DNA of 64,000 nucleotides, from the NCBI GenBank assembly GCA_950097015.1, contig CATNEN010000038.1, positions 26,412,001-26,476,000 on the forward strand. The letters run 5' to 3'. The notes under the pieces are model-generated. The model saw only the letters and a program-made list of their open reading frames with translations, did no database searches and was not told the origin of the DNA. Source of the DNA: Macrostomum hystrix. Taxonomy: Eukaryota; Animalia; Platyhelminthes. Position 1 is the first letter of the stretch. Each line of letters opens with the position of its first letter. Both the position numbers and the translations under genes were made by a program. This document shows positions 24,401 to 35,100 of the stretch, piece after piece.

Positions 24401-27400
24401 GTGGCCATCGTGTGGAAGTAGGACGGCTCTATGCGTCTGTGTCTAGATCCAACCTACCTCAACAGGTTCATCATCAGAGAGTACCACCCGATCCCTACCG
24501 CCGAGGAAGTTCGAGCTGCGACTGCTGGAGCCATCCTGTACAGCTCATTTGATGCGAACGAGAGCTTTCACCAACTGAAACTCTAGGAACTTCTTTGACG
24601 ACATCATCGTGTGTGGAAGAACAGTCGAGGAGCACGACCAAGCTGTGCGAGAGCTCCTGGAGCAGTGCAAGCGCGCCAAGGTGACACTGAACCCACAGAA
24701 GATGCGAGTCGGTGTTCAAGAGCTCAACTACCTAGGCGATGTGCTCAGCTCGGAAGGGTTGCGAGCAGATCCAATGAAGGTCAAAGCCATCAAAGAAATG
24801 ATCCGGCCGAATGATGTTGAAGGTCTCACTTCGAAGAAGGAGCAGCTAAGGCGATTTCTCGGCTGTGTGACGTACCTGGCCAAGTTTTGTCCTCATCTTT
24901 CCGCTACTGCAGAGCCGCTTAGACACCTGCTCAAGAAAGACGTCATTTGGAGCTGGACGCATCAGCACGACGAGGCGTACGACTCGATCATCACGGAGCT
25001 GAGTTCTAACAGGGTTTTGGCCACATTTGACGTCAGCAAGCCAGTCACCGTGTCTGTGGATGCCAGCAAGAGCGGCATCGGTGCTGTGCTGCTCCAAGAG
25101 GACCGTCCGGTTGAGTTCGCTTCATCAGCCATGACTAAAGCTCAGCAGGCATACTCGTACGCGCAGATTGAGAAGGAGCTCCTGGCTATTGTGTACGGCT
25201 GCAAGAAATTTCACCGCTACCTCTGGGGCCGCACTGTCAATGTCCAGAGTGACCATAAGCCACTGGAGTCCATCTTAAAGAAGCAGCTCTGTGACACCAC
25301 GCCGCGCATCCAGCGCTTGCTGCTGCAGCTGCAGCCCTACGACATTCGTGTGAAGTACACGTCAGGAAAGGAGCTGTACGTATGTCGTACGTCGTACGTC
25401 GTACGTCGTACGACGTACGTCGCAGACACGCTAAGCTGAGCTCACGGAAAGACGGACAGCTTGACGCTTCTGCTGGAGGAAGCTTTGGACGGACAAGTGC
25501 TAGCTGTGGAGCGATGCTTCAGTGGAGACCGCGAGATTCTGACAATGATCAAAAAGGCCACGGCTGCAGACCAGACGACAGGTCATTCAAGCCGGATGGC
25601 CCGAGCATCGAAACCGACTACCTGACGATTTGAAAGTATTTTGGGATCTTCGCCATGATCTGACTTTCGTCTCAGGACTCCTGTGCCTGAAGGACCGCAT
25701 CTACGTGCCAGCCGGCAGCGCCAGAAGCTCGATCCTAAGAATTTTGCATGCTGGACACTCTGGAATCGTCAAGATGGACCTGAAAGCCAAAGATTATTTT
25801 TACTGGCCAGAAATGCGCACCTGCATCAAGCGAACTGTCAGCCAGTGTGAGGCCTGCCAGCGGAACATGAAGGCCCAGTCAAAGGAGACTTTGATGACCG
25901 TTGAAATGCCCGAGTTTCCGTTCCAAGTCTGCTCGACCGACTTGTTCGAGTTCCGTGGCGCTGCGCACCTGGTGTACGTAGACGCTTACAGCCACTGGAT
26001 GAGCATCACCCGCCTGCAGTCGAAAACAAGCCTGGCAGTAGTTCAGGTGCTCCAAGACCATTTCCAGAACTTTGGAGTGCCAGAGAAGCTCATCAGTGAC
26101 AACGGGCCGCAGTTCACCGCAGGAGAGTTCCGCCAGTTCATGACCAGATTTCAAGTGGAGCATCTGCCAAGAATATGATGAAGAAGTGCCAGGAGACTGG
26201 ACAGAGCCTGGCACTGGCCCTTTTGCACTATCGCAACACGCCGGTCGGCAGCGGCTTCCCCAGCACGGCGGAAATGGCGTTTGGCCGGAAACTGCGGTGC
26301 GACCTGCCGACAACGGTGCAAGATCTGCGGCCTCGGGAGACCTACGTGCATGCCAGCATCGAAGCATTCCAGAAGGAGCGGACCCGGGCAGCTCAGCTCT
26401 ACAACCGCGGTGCGGGCGCACTTCGACGCTTGGAGGTCGGCGAGCCGGTCTGGCTTCAGTGCGATCGTCGGAACTGGGTGGCTGCCGAGGTCGACAGCGA
26501 GGTGGACGGCAGCCCGCGGTCGTACTGGCTTCGCACGGAGTCGGGCCACCTGCTCAGGCGCAACCGGCGGTTTATCAGGCCACGTGAGATCGGCGTGCCA
26601 TTCCATGAAAGCTACCCAGTGGCAGTGGCTGATGAGGATGTCAATCTGTCGGAGGCGGACGACCAGCAGGCACCCGTGCAACCGGCCGTGCAACCCGCGA
26701 CAGAGCAGCCTGCAGAGCGAGAGCAGCCAGCTGAGCAGCCGGCATCTGTGCAACCGTGCTCAAGCTCGGACGACTCTGGGTTCCGGACCAAGCGAGGTCG
26801 GCTTGTCCATCAACCGCAGAGGTACCAGGCCTCGTGGTGAACTTTTGAGTGAAAACTGACTGTTGACTGAATTTAAATTAACTGTTCCATATTGTTCCAT
26901 ATGATCGTAAAATATTTCAATGTTTTTATTTTTCCCCATTCAACTGTTTTCGAGCGACTCCATTCGTGCTACTATATTCGTTCTACTATTTTCGTGCTAT
27001 TATATTCGTACTTTTCAATGTAAGGAGGTGTTGTGTAATGATCGATGCTGGCTAGCCGACGTGCAGTCTTTCTCTTTCTCTCTCAGTGCACCTGCCCCCC
27101 CAGTCCCCCATTGACGCGTACAATCTACATTGCTCACTGCACTTGACTAAACAATAATATATATATCGGCTCTCTGCCCATCGCTGGCTTTAAGTGTTTC
27201 GCAGCTCGCACACACTCGCCTGGACTTCTAACATAACAGCTTACTTCCTCCGAACTCATCTGCTTCCCCATTTTGAGCAGCTTTCTTCCCCAGAACTCAT
27301 GATCTGCTTCCCATCTTGAGCAGCTTTCTTCCTCCGCTGCTTCCCATTTTGAGCAGCTTTCTTCCCCAGAACTCATGATCTGCTTCCCATCTTGAGCAGC

Positions 27401-29110
27401 TTTCTTCCTCCGCTGCTTCCCATTTTGAGCAGCTTTCTTCCCCAAAATCAGATGCTGTTCCAACCGTACTGCCTAGGCCACCGGTTTAATTGGACAGGAA
27501 ATTAAAAATATTCACGCAGCGACTCTTCGCTAAGTAATTTTTTGTGTCAGACCAGTCGTATTAATTAATAATTTTTATTTGATAGATCACGAAGTCTTGA
27601 AATTCTTAGCAATGAGAATCTTGATCCCAATTCAAATTCCCATCTTATAATTAATAATCCCATAGGCATATCTATGTATCTTCCTTATCTCATCTAAAAT
27701 AGCTTTATTATCGGAGGTACTGTATCAAGCACTAATAACTCGATCCATAGCGGAATTTTCCACTAGTAAATTTCCACATGCGATAACAAGGCTAAACGTT
27801 GGGGAAAACGTAGCCAAATGCAGACGAATTGTAATTTAAACTAGCGGAGGCATTCCATTGCACCAGGCAAACACACTTGCATAGTTCCGGACCTTGGTAA
27901 TTGGTTACGTGGAAGGTCGGCGGGGAAAGAAAATATGTGTGAAAAGAGAGCCCCCAGTCAAAATAAGCCGCTTTTAGCTACCAATCTAAAAATAGAACAT
28001 CCGACACTGACAAAAGCGAATGGAAAAACTCCAGTCAGATCAGACGAACTGTTGTGTTTTATGGGAAGCCTTTGCACACTGTAACATTTTTGTTTGCTTG
28101 GGAGGCTAAGAAATGAAACGATGGCAATCGAGAGAATTTTTAATGGAAAAAGCGAAACCTACGGCCATAACCGTTGAATATCTCGACGGTCTGAAGGGCT
28201 GGCGACTTGATTATTGTTTCAGAAGATGCGCAACAAAATGTTGGTCCGTGTTCTTGAGTATTGTGTGCTTGCGTTGCTCTGTTCGGGTGCAGCACAAATA
28301 ATTGTCAGGTTGGGGAATCCCCCTTGGTAGTTCTACGAGTACTACTTAAAATTAAAAAACGCCCCCTATTTAGCAAAACAGTTTGCAAAACAGTTCTAAA
28401 AATAGCTTAAGCGAAAACAACAACAGCTAAGAATGCCCTACTATGCTCTGCTCTCAATAATGCACCGAAAACGGTGAGGCATGCCGGGAATGAGGCGGTC
28501 TAGCTGCTGATGTGAAATTTGTTGCCAATATCCTGCTATCTAACAACCTGCAGCTGGTCCAGTCTTGACAGTGCTTGCTAGCACACCTTGCTAGCACACC
28601 ATCAGGTCGGGAGGGTTGAGCAACAATGGCAAATTGTCTGACCAGAGTTTTCACCCACCCCGTCTCACCTCCCCCCGGCCTCCGGAGCGATAGCAAGTTC
28701 AAACTTATAGATAAAAGACACCAACAGGTGTGGAGATTACACCGTTGGCACTTGATTGCAATCCAACGAGCACTAATTGACCCCTATTTAAAATACAGTG
28801 TTCTGAAAATAGGGGAGTTCACGTCATTAACTCACCGGCTCAGCACCGAGGTGACAAAGAAGCCCAGCATAAAAGACAATGGAACCGACGTGCGAACCAG
28901 ACCGATGCCGCGAACTACCGCCTCGAAGGTGATGCGCCTAGTTGGCGATAGGATCTGGTGATAGACAACCGCCAATAGTACGTAGGCCAGAATGAAGAAT
29001 AGAAAGTCAACCCATAGTAGCTGCCAGACACTGCCGCTCCAACGGAATAATAGCTTCAAGAAGAACAGCTTCTCCTTTGTGTAGATATTGCTGGCGTAGC
29101 TGACCGCCAT
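18488..29110 (-). CDS. Bestrophin-family anion channel; exons 29110-28836, 22333-21906, 20120-19761, 19239-18488
   Basis: Bestrophin motifs: FLKLLFRWSGSVWQLLW, VPLSFMLGFFVTSVLSR|WWNM..IPW, LRYFNLAWIL, YWLPLSWA, IPLVYTQV, EFIFYL|GWFKIGMCLMNPLGKDRED. Phase-consistent GT-AG junctions; Q-rich C-terminal tail. Confidence 0.92.
19283..19684. repeat. 23-bp minisatellite in bestrophin intron 3
   Basis: (TCTACCCTTCCCTGCGTCTCTCA)n. Confidence 0.95.
20154..21030. repeat. 20-bp minisatellite in bestrophin intron 2
   Basis: (GAYGGCTTCCCTTCATCWCT)n. Confidence 0.97.
21535..21882. repeat. GGCAGGGA/GACA composite repeat in bestrophin intron 2
   Basis: Mixed 8- and 12-bp units. Confidence 0.85.
22395..22710. 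repeat. 39/42-bp minisatellite, left part (continues at 27239-27445 after the retrotransposon)
   Basis: CAGCTTTCTTCCTCCGAACTCAT[GAT]CTGCTTCCCATCTTGAG on both sides of the element. Confidence 0.9.
22721..22900 (+). repeat. 5' LTR (lacks the first ~28 bp present in the 3' LTR)
   Basis: Matches 27057-27238 with about 7 substitutions and 1 small indel; ends ...CATAACA immediately before the PBS. Confidence 0.9.
22936..26840 (+). pseudogene. Disrupted gag-pol of the retrotransposon
   Basis: Gag NWRQWISAFDFY with a double zinc knuckle CGFCGQQHERRKC...CNNCGRANHFTSVC; protease FKVDTVADVN (DTG to DTV); RT with an in-frame stop at 24419, an internal deletion near 24585 and FFDDIIV; RNase H VDASKSGIGAVLLQ..EKELLAI..SDHKPL; integrase HHCC plus DLFEF and SDNGPQF, with the catalytic E segment deleted near 26170. 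Several frameshifts. Confidence 0.92.
27029..27238 (+). repeat. 3' LTR, 210 bp, TGTTGTG...CATAACA
   Basis: TG...CA termini with an imperfect terminal inverted repeat; follows the polypurine tract. Confidence 0.9.
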
Positions 29111-30390
29111 TTCAAAAATAATGTCTCAAATCAATTAGCAGTTTTTGCAGAATATTAAGCAAGACGATTAATTAAAAACAAAGAAGGCCTAAGGAAGAGA
29201 AGGACGACCGAAAGGGAGAATTATATAGATATAGAGGTTTCCCGGGCTCAGGCGAACACGCCTTTTGGCTTTCTACCCCATTGGGTTTTCTCCAAATTGA
29301 GTGAGCGGAAAATTACTGTGGGTTCCCCAGCTTTCAAGGTCACACGCCTAAACTTATCTGTTCCGTGTTTAGGCCCCGCCCGCCCCATCATCCGCGGAGT
29401 AAAAAAGCCCTCCCCACGTACACTGTACATTTATGAAATGAATGTACATTGGAGCCAAAAACTCCTCTCTGCCTTCCCTGTCCTGCCTTTTCATAAACTA
29501 TGCGGAAAGAGAGAATTTCCACAAATCCGCGCGAGTTCGACTTCTCACCGAAACTTCGCAATCTTCAAGTTGACAATTCACATAAAACCATGCTAATCTC
29601 CGAAGATTAAACATTTTCAGTTTTACCTCTTCAATTGAGCAGAGGGGCCGTTTTTAATATTAAAACAACGTAATGAAAACACAGAAGCAGTACAATGACT
29701 TTTTAATCTGTGATACCTTTTCGTAAAAAGAGGTTTCGCTTGTTAGCGAACTCTTTTTATGTTAATTTCCAGGTTAATATAGCGAATCTATTTAAGTGAG
29801 ATTGAATGTAAGTAATCTCTTACACGCTACTAGTTGAGACTCTACTAGTTAGTGCTTTTTGATAGTAGTATATGTAGCGCCAATAACTGATAAAACTATA
29901 GGCACGAACATAAGAAATAAAAACATTGAAACAATAAAAGTTTGTCAATAATATGTTTTGCAAATTATAAAAATCCATCGTGATTGAACCATTAAATAAC
30001 AAAAATAATAATCAATTTAATACATTACAAAGAGTACCATTAGGGAAAATAAAAAGCAAGTTGATGTTAAACACACAAATATTCAAAATGGAATGAGCGG
30101 TGAACAAGAATCATCACTCAACAACAAAAAAAGAATTGATAAATTCACATCAAATAATAGGCAGTAGGTTAAGATTCAACCACAGCGTATACAAATCAAT
30201 AGAAATAGAATGAATATATAGCTAACTAAAACAACCGTAAACCTATTTGGCAGTTCGTTGATAGTAAGTTTATTCACTAGAAATTCTAGAATCTACACAA
30301 GACTGGTCGTAACCTGTGTGGCAGAGATATCAAATATAGAGCTATGCCTAGAATAACGATTGGAAGAAAATTGGGAGAAATTACTGGAGT

Positions 30391-31205
30391 GAGACTGGGG
30401 AGAAGTGGCCGGGGAGAGACTGGGGAGAAGTGGCCGGGGAGAGACTGGGGAGAAGTGGCCGGGGAGAGACTGGGGAGAAGTGGCCGGGGAGAGACTGGGG
30501 AGAAGTGGCCGGGGAGAGACTGGGGAGAAGTGGCCGGGGAGAGACTGGGGAGAAGTGGCCGGGGAGAGACTGGGGAGAAGTGGCCGGGGAGAGACTGGGG
30601 AGAAGTGGCCGGGGAGAGACTGGGGAGAAGTGGCCGGGGAGAGACTGGGGAGAAGTGGCCGGGGAGAGACTGGGGAGAAGTGGCCGGGGAGAGACTGGGG
30701 AGAAGTGGCCGGGGAGAGACTGGGGAGAAGTGGATGGGGAGAGACAGGGGAGAAGTGGATGGGGAGACAAAGGGGAGAAGTGGATTGGGAGAGACTGGGG
30801 AGAGGCAGGGGAGAAGTGGATGGGGAGAGACAGGGGAGAAGTGGATGGAGAGACAAAGGGGAGAAGTGGATTGGGAGAGACTGGGGAGAGACAGGGGAGA
30901 AGTGGATGGGGAGAGACAGGGGAGAAGTGGATGGGGAGACAAAGGGGAGAAGTGGATTGGGAGAGACTGGGGAGAGGCAGGGGAGAAATTGATGGGGAGA
31001 CACTGGGGAGAAGTGGGTGGGGAGAGACTGGGGAGAAGTGGATGGGGAGACAAAGGGGAGAAGTGGATTGGGAGAGACTGGGGAGAGACAGGGGAGAAGT
31101 GGATGGGGAGAGACTGGGGAGAAGTGGATGGGGAGACAAAGGGGAGAAGTGGATTGGGAGAGACTGGGGAGAGGCAGGGGAGAAATGGATGGGGAGACAA
31201 AGGGG
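30391..31205. repeat. 25-bp G-rich minisatellite downstream of FRMD4
   Basis: (GAGACTGGGGAGAAGTGGCCGGGGA)n grading into variants. Confidence 0.97.
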
Positions 31206-32156
31206 TGGGCCAAAAGAATTACTGGCAAAGAATTCTGTGCCAGCAAATTGTCTGTGAAAACACAGTCCGCAGGCAGCTTATAAGCAGTATAGGAAATGTG
31301 ACTGCAGTAAAATGTGAAGGCAACCTAGGCAGGCTAAAATAGCAACGAGTTAAAAAAGTAGCGAATTAACAACTTAAAAGTTGAATTTGAACATAGCACG
31401 CTTCACACTTGTTACTTAGTGCTCAATCTCAGTGCGTTCATTTTCTGGTTAGGAGCGTGGCAAACAAAGCAAGCAAAGTGCTTGGTTGCGAATGGAACTT
31501 ACAAGATACTCAGTACTTATATGGAAATAAAATTAGTAGAAAAATAGAAGCTAAACTGGGCCACTGGAGTAGAAACTAAAACAGTCGAACAGTTATTGTG
31601 GAGCGAATTCGCAACTTGTAAATTGCAAAAATTGTCCTTTGCGAGACGATTTTAATTTTATTTAGAGCGAGACCAATGTTTTTTGGCATTTAAGAACGCG
31701 ATACTACTTAGCGCAAAAATATTACCTAAGTAAGTAGTATGTACAGCATGGAAAGTCTAAGCTAGCACGGAATGGAATTGAATTAGAAGACTTTGAGAAG
31801 AGTGAGAGGAATAATAGAAGGCTTATAGGAAAAGAAAAATGCATTAAATGACAGACAGAAGGTTAGCGCACACTAGAATAACTTTGTGAACCACAGCCGA
31901 TATGTATCGAAAATTACCAAATTTTCTGATTTGAACTATTGTACAGAAAGAATATGGAACTAAGTGAAGATAAAAGAGACAAAGAGAGACTCAGATTAAT
32001 AGGGTTAGTAAAAAAGCTGAACAACATAGCGAAAAACACTTTAAGATATACATCTATCTATTTGGATAGTAAAAAAAGTAATTTAATATTGTAAGAAATA
32101 TTAAATTGGCAACTTATCAAAATACATAGATGACATCTATTAAGTACCTTTCTGAG

Positions 32157-35100
32157 TCAGACATCCGTTGCGCAATAATCATCGCCTAGAACTTGGCCGT
32201 CAACGTTGTTGTTATTGTTTTTGGCAGCGATGGCGTTTGGCCGGTGGCCGAATTCTTGCCGCCTTGCTGGAGGCAGTTGTGGCGAATAGTTGGAAACTGA
32301 TTGGCTTAACTGCTGCTGCTGGTAATAATTTCGATAACATTGATCATCTCGCGACGCTGTCAAATCTCCGCTTGGAGGCCTGTACCAATGCGGCGAGTTT
32401 GTATTACTGCTACTGCTAATGCTACTACTATAAGTAGCAGCGGCGGAACCCGCGGCATGTGCGGACACCGAAACTGGAGAAGCATATTCCAGCACCGTTC
32501 TAGGCTGATAGCGAAACGTTTGTTGATGTTGCTGCTGCTGCTGCGCCTGAGAGTGTGACAACAGGTTGCTGGCGGATTGAGAACGACGCGTTGCCATTAG
32601 CAACAGATGCTGCTGCTGCTGTTGCTGCAGCTGCAAAAGCTGATTCTGCTGCTGCCTGGCATCAGCGGCCGCAACTGATGCCGATGAAGAAGACGATGTA
32701 ACCGACAATCTGGCCGCGGATGCTGCCGCCCCTGCCGCTGAAGCGTTTGAAGGCGGCGGACCAACCTGGAAACTAAACTCTTGAAAGCCGGAGTCCAGAC
32801 TAGACTGGGTGACGCGATGTTGTTGTTGCTGCTGCTGAGGCAGAGCTGGCTGCGGTGCAAAGTGATGAGGCGGATGTTGTTGCTTCTGGGTTCCAAATCT
32901 GAAATTTCGGCGTCGAATAAAAATTGAAAACTCAGAAGAGATTAATTTTAACACTTTTTTACTATTTGATCTGATCTTTTACTGGGAATTCCCATTGGAT
33001 CATTCACTGGGAATAACCATCCGATCCTTCACTGGGAATTCCCATTGGATCCTTCCCTGGGAATTCCCATTAGATCATTCACTGGGAATTCCCATCCGAT
33101 CCTTTACTGGCATTCCCATCCGATCCTTCACTGGGAATTCCGATTGGATCATTCACTGGGAATTCCCATCCGATCCTTTACTGGGAATTCCCATTGGATC
33201 CTTCACTGGGAATTCCGATTGGATCATTCACTGGGAATTCCCATTGGATTATTCACTGGGAATTCCCATCCGATCCTTCCCTGGGAATTCCCATTGGATC
33301 ATTCACTGGGAATTCCCATCCGATCATTCACTGGGAATTCCCATCCGATCATTCACTGGGAATTCCCATCCGATCCTTTACTGGGAATTCCCATCCGATC
33401 CTTCACTGGTAATTCCTAACCGATCCTTCACTGGGAATTCCTAACCGATCCTTCACTGGGAATTCCCATCCGATCCTTCACTGGGAATTCCTAACCGATC
33501 CTTCACTGGGAATTCCCATCCGATCCTTCACTGGGAATTCCTAACCGATCCTTCACTGGGAATTCCCATCCGATCCTTCACTGGGAATTCCGATTGGATC
33601 ATTCACTGGGAATTCCCATCCGATCCTTTACTGGGAATTCCCATCCGATCCTTCACTGGTAATTCCTAACCGATCCTTCACTGGGAATTCCTAACCGATC
33701 CTTCACTGGGAATTCCCATCCGATCCTTCACTGGGAATTCCTAACCGATCCTTCACTGGGAATTCCCATCCGATCCTTCACTGGGAATTCCCATTGGATC
33801 CTTCACCGGGAATTCCCATTGGATCCTTCACTGGGAATTCCCATTGGATCCTTCACTGGGAATTCCTAACCGATCCTTCACTGGGAATTCCCATCCGATC
33901 CTTCACTGGGAATTCCCATCCGATCCTTCACTGGGAATTCCCATCCGATCCTTCACTGGGAATTCCGATTGGATCATTCACTGGGAATTCCCATCCGATC
34001 CTTTACTGGGAATTCCCATCCGATCCTTCACTGGTAATTCCTAACCGATCCTTCACTGGGAATTCCTAACCGATCCTTCACTGGGAATTCCCATCCGATC
34101 CTTCACTGGGAATTCCTAACCGATCCTTCACTGGGAATTCCCATCCGATCCTTCACTGGGAATTCCCATTGGATCCTTCACCGGGAATTCCCATTGGATC
34201 CTTCACTGGGAATTCCCATTGGATCCTTCACTGGGAATTCCTAACCGATCCTTCACTGGGAATTCCCATCCGATCCTTCACTGGGAATTCCCATCCGATC
34301 CTTCACTGGGAATTCCTAACCGATCCTTCACACGGAATTATAATTTCAATTACCTAATTACCGAACTACGTAATTGATTAAGCATAGTACTCTTAATAAC
34401 ATCGGTGTAGATCTCCCATCCGTGAATAATATAAGATAGCTATTACTAGTCTACTATTAAAATCTCACTTGGGACTGCAGGCGGAAGCCAGCGAGCGCGC
34501 AGAGGAGCCTCGACTGCTGTCGCCAGAGCCAGTAGCTCCGTTGCCTATGGCCTGACCTGGTGCTAGCTGAAAAAGAACATTAGAGGGTACCGAGAAATAT
34601 AAAAACGCACACAGGAGCTGCGAGTTCATTATGATTGCTTTATAAAAACAAAAAGTAAAAAAATAAATAATACGAGTAGAAAAAAAAACTATTTTTTTGT
34701 CTCGCAAAATATACTGGTAGGACGTTTGTAAAACAAGCTGAACAACAATTTAGCTTAATTTATTTGAAATAGTTTAAAGGATGCAGGCGTTAAAACAGTG
34801 GGGTGAAGGCTTACCCTGCTATGATAAGACAGTGGGGGTACAGGCTTAACGAGAGGTTGCTGGCAATCTTTGTTTAATTTAACACTTCTTAGTAATGTCT
34901 GTATAAAAACGTTTCGATGCAAACAACGTAGGAGTTAAAAATGAAGTCATTGCTAAACACTCGCACTATCTGAACCTGATAGCGCAGAAAATACCTGGAT
35001 GGAGTTGCGGCCAATACAGTAGATTGAGGATTTCCGCATAACACCTGTTAGGGAAGCTTTTCTGTAGGCCGACCGGACAAATCTGTCCACAGACTTTGAC

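Larger units (their letters stand above)
22721..27238 (+). mobile_element. Decayed Ty3/gypsy (Mag-like) LTR retrotransposon in bestrophin intron 1, antisense to the host gene
   Basis: Paired LTRs, PBS-like TGGCGTCGC at 22901, purine tract AAGGAGG before the 3' LTR, and gag-PR-RT-RH-IN domain order. Confidence 0.95.

Noticed and set aside
34995-35044. Possible extra FRMD4 cassette exon (ag...gt flanked)
   Set aside because: It is 50 nt long and would shift the frame between two phase-0 junctions.
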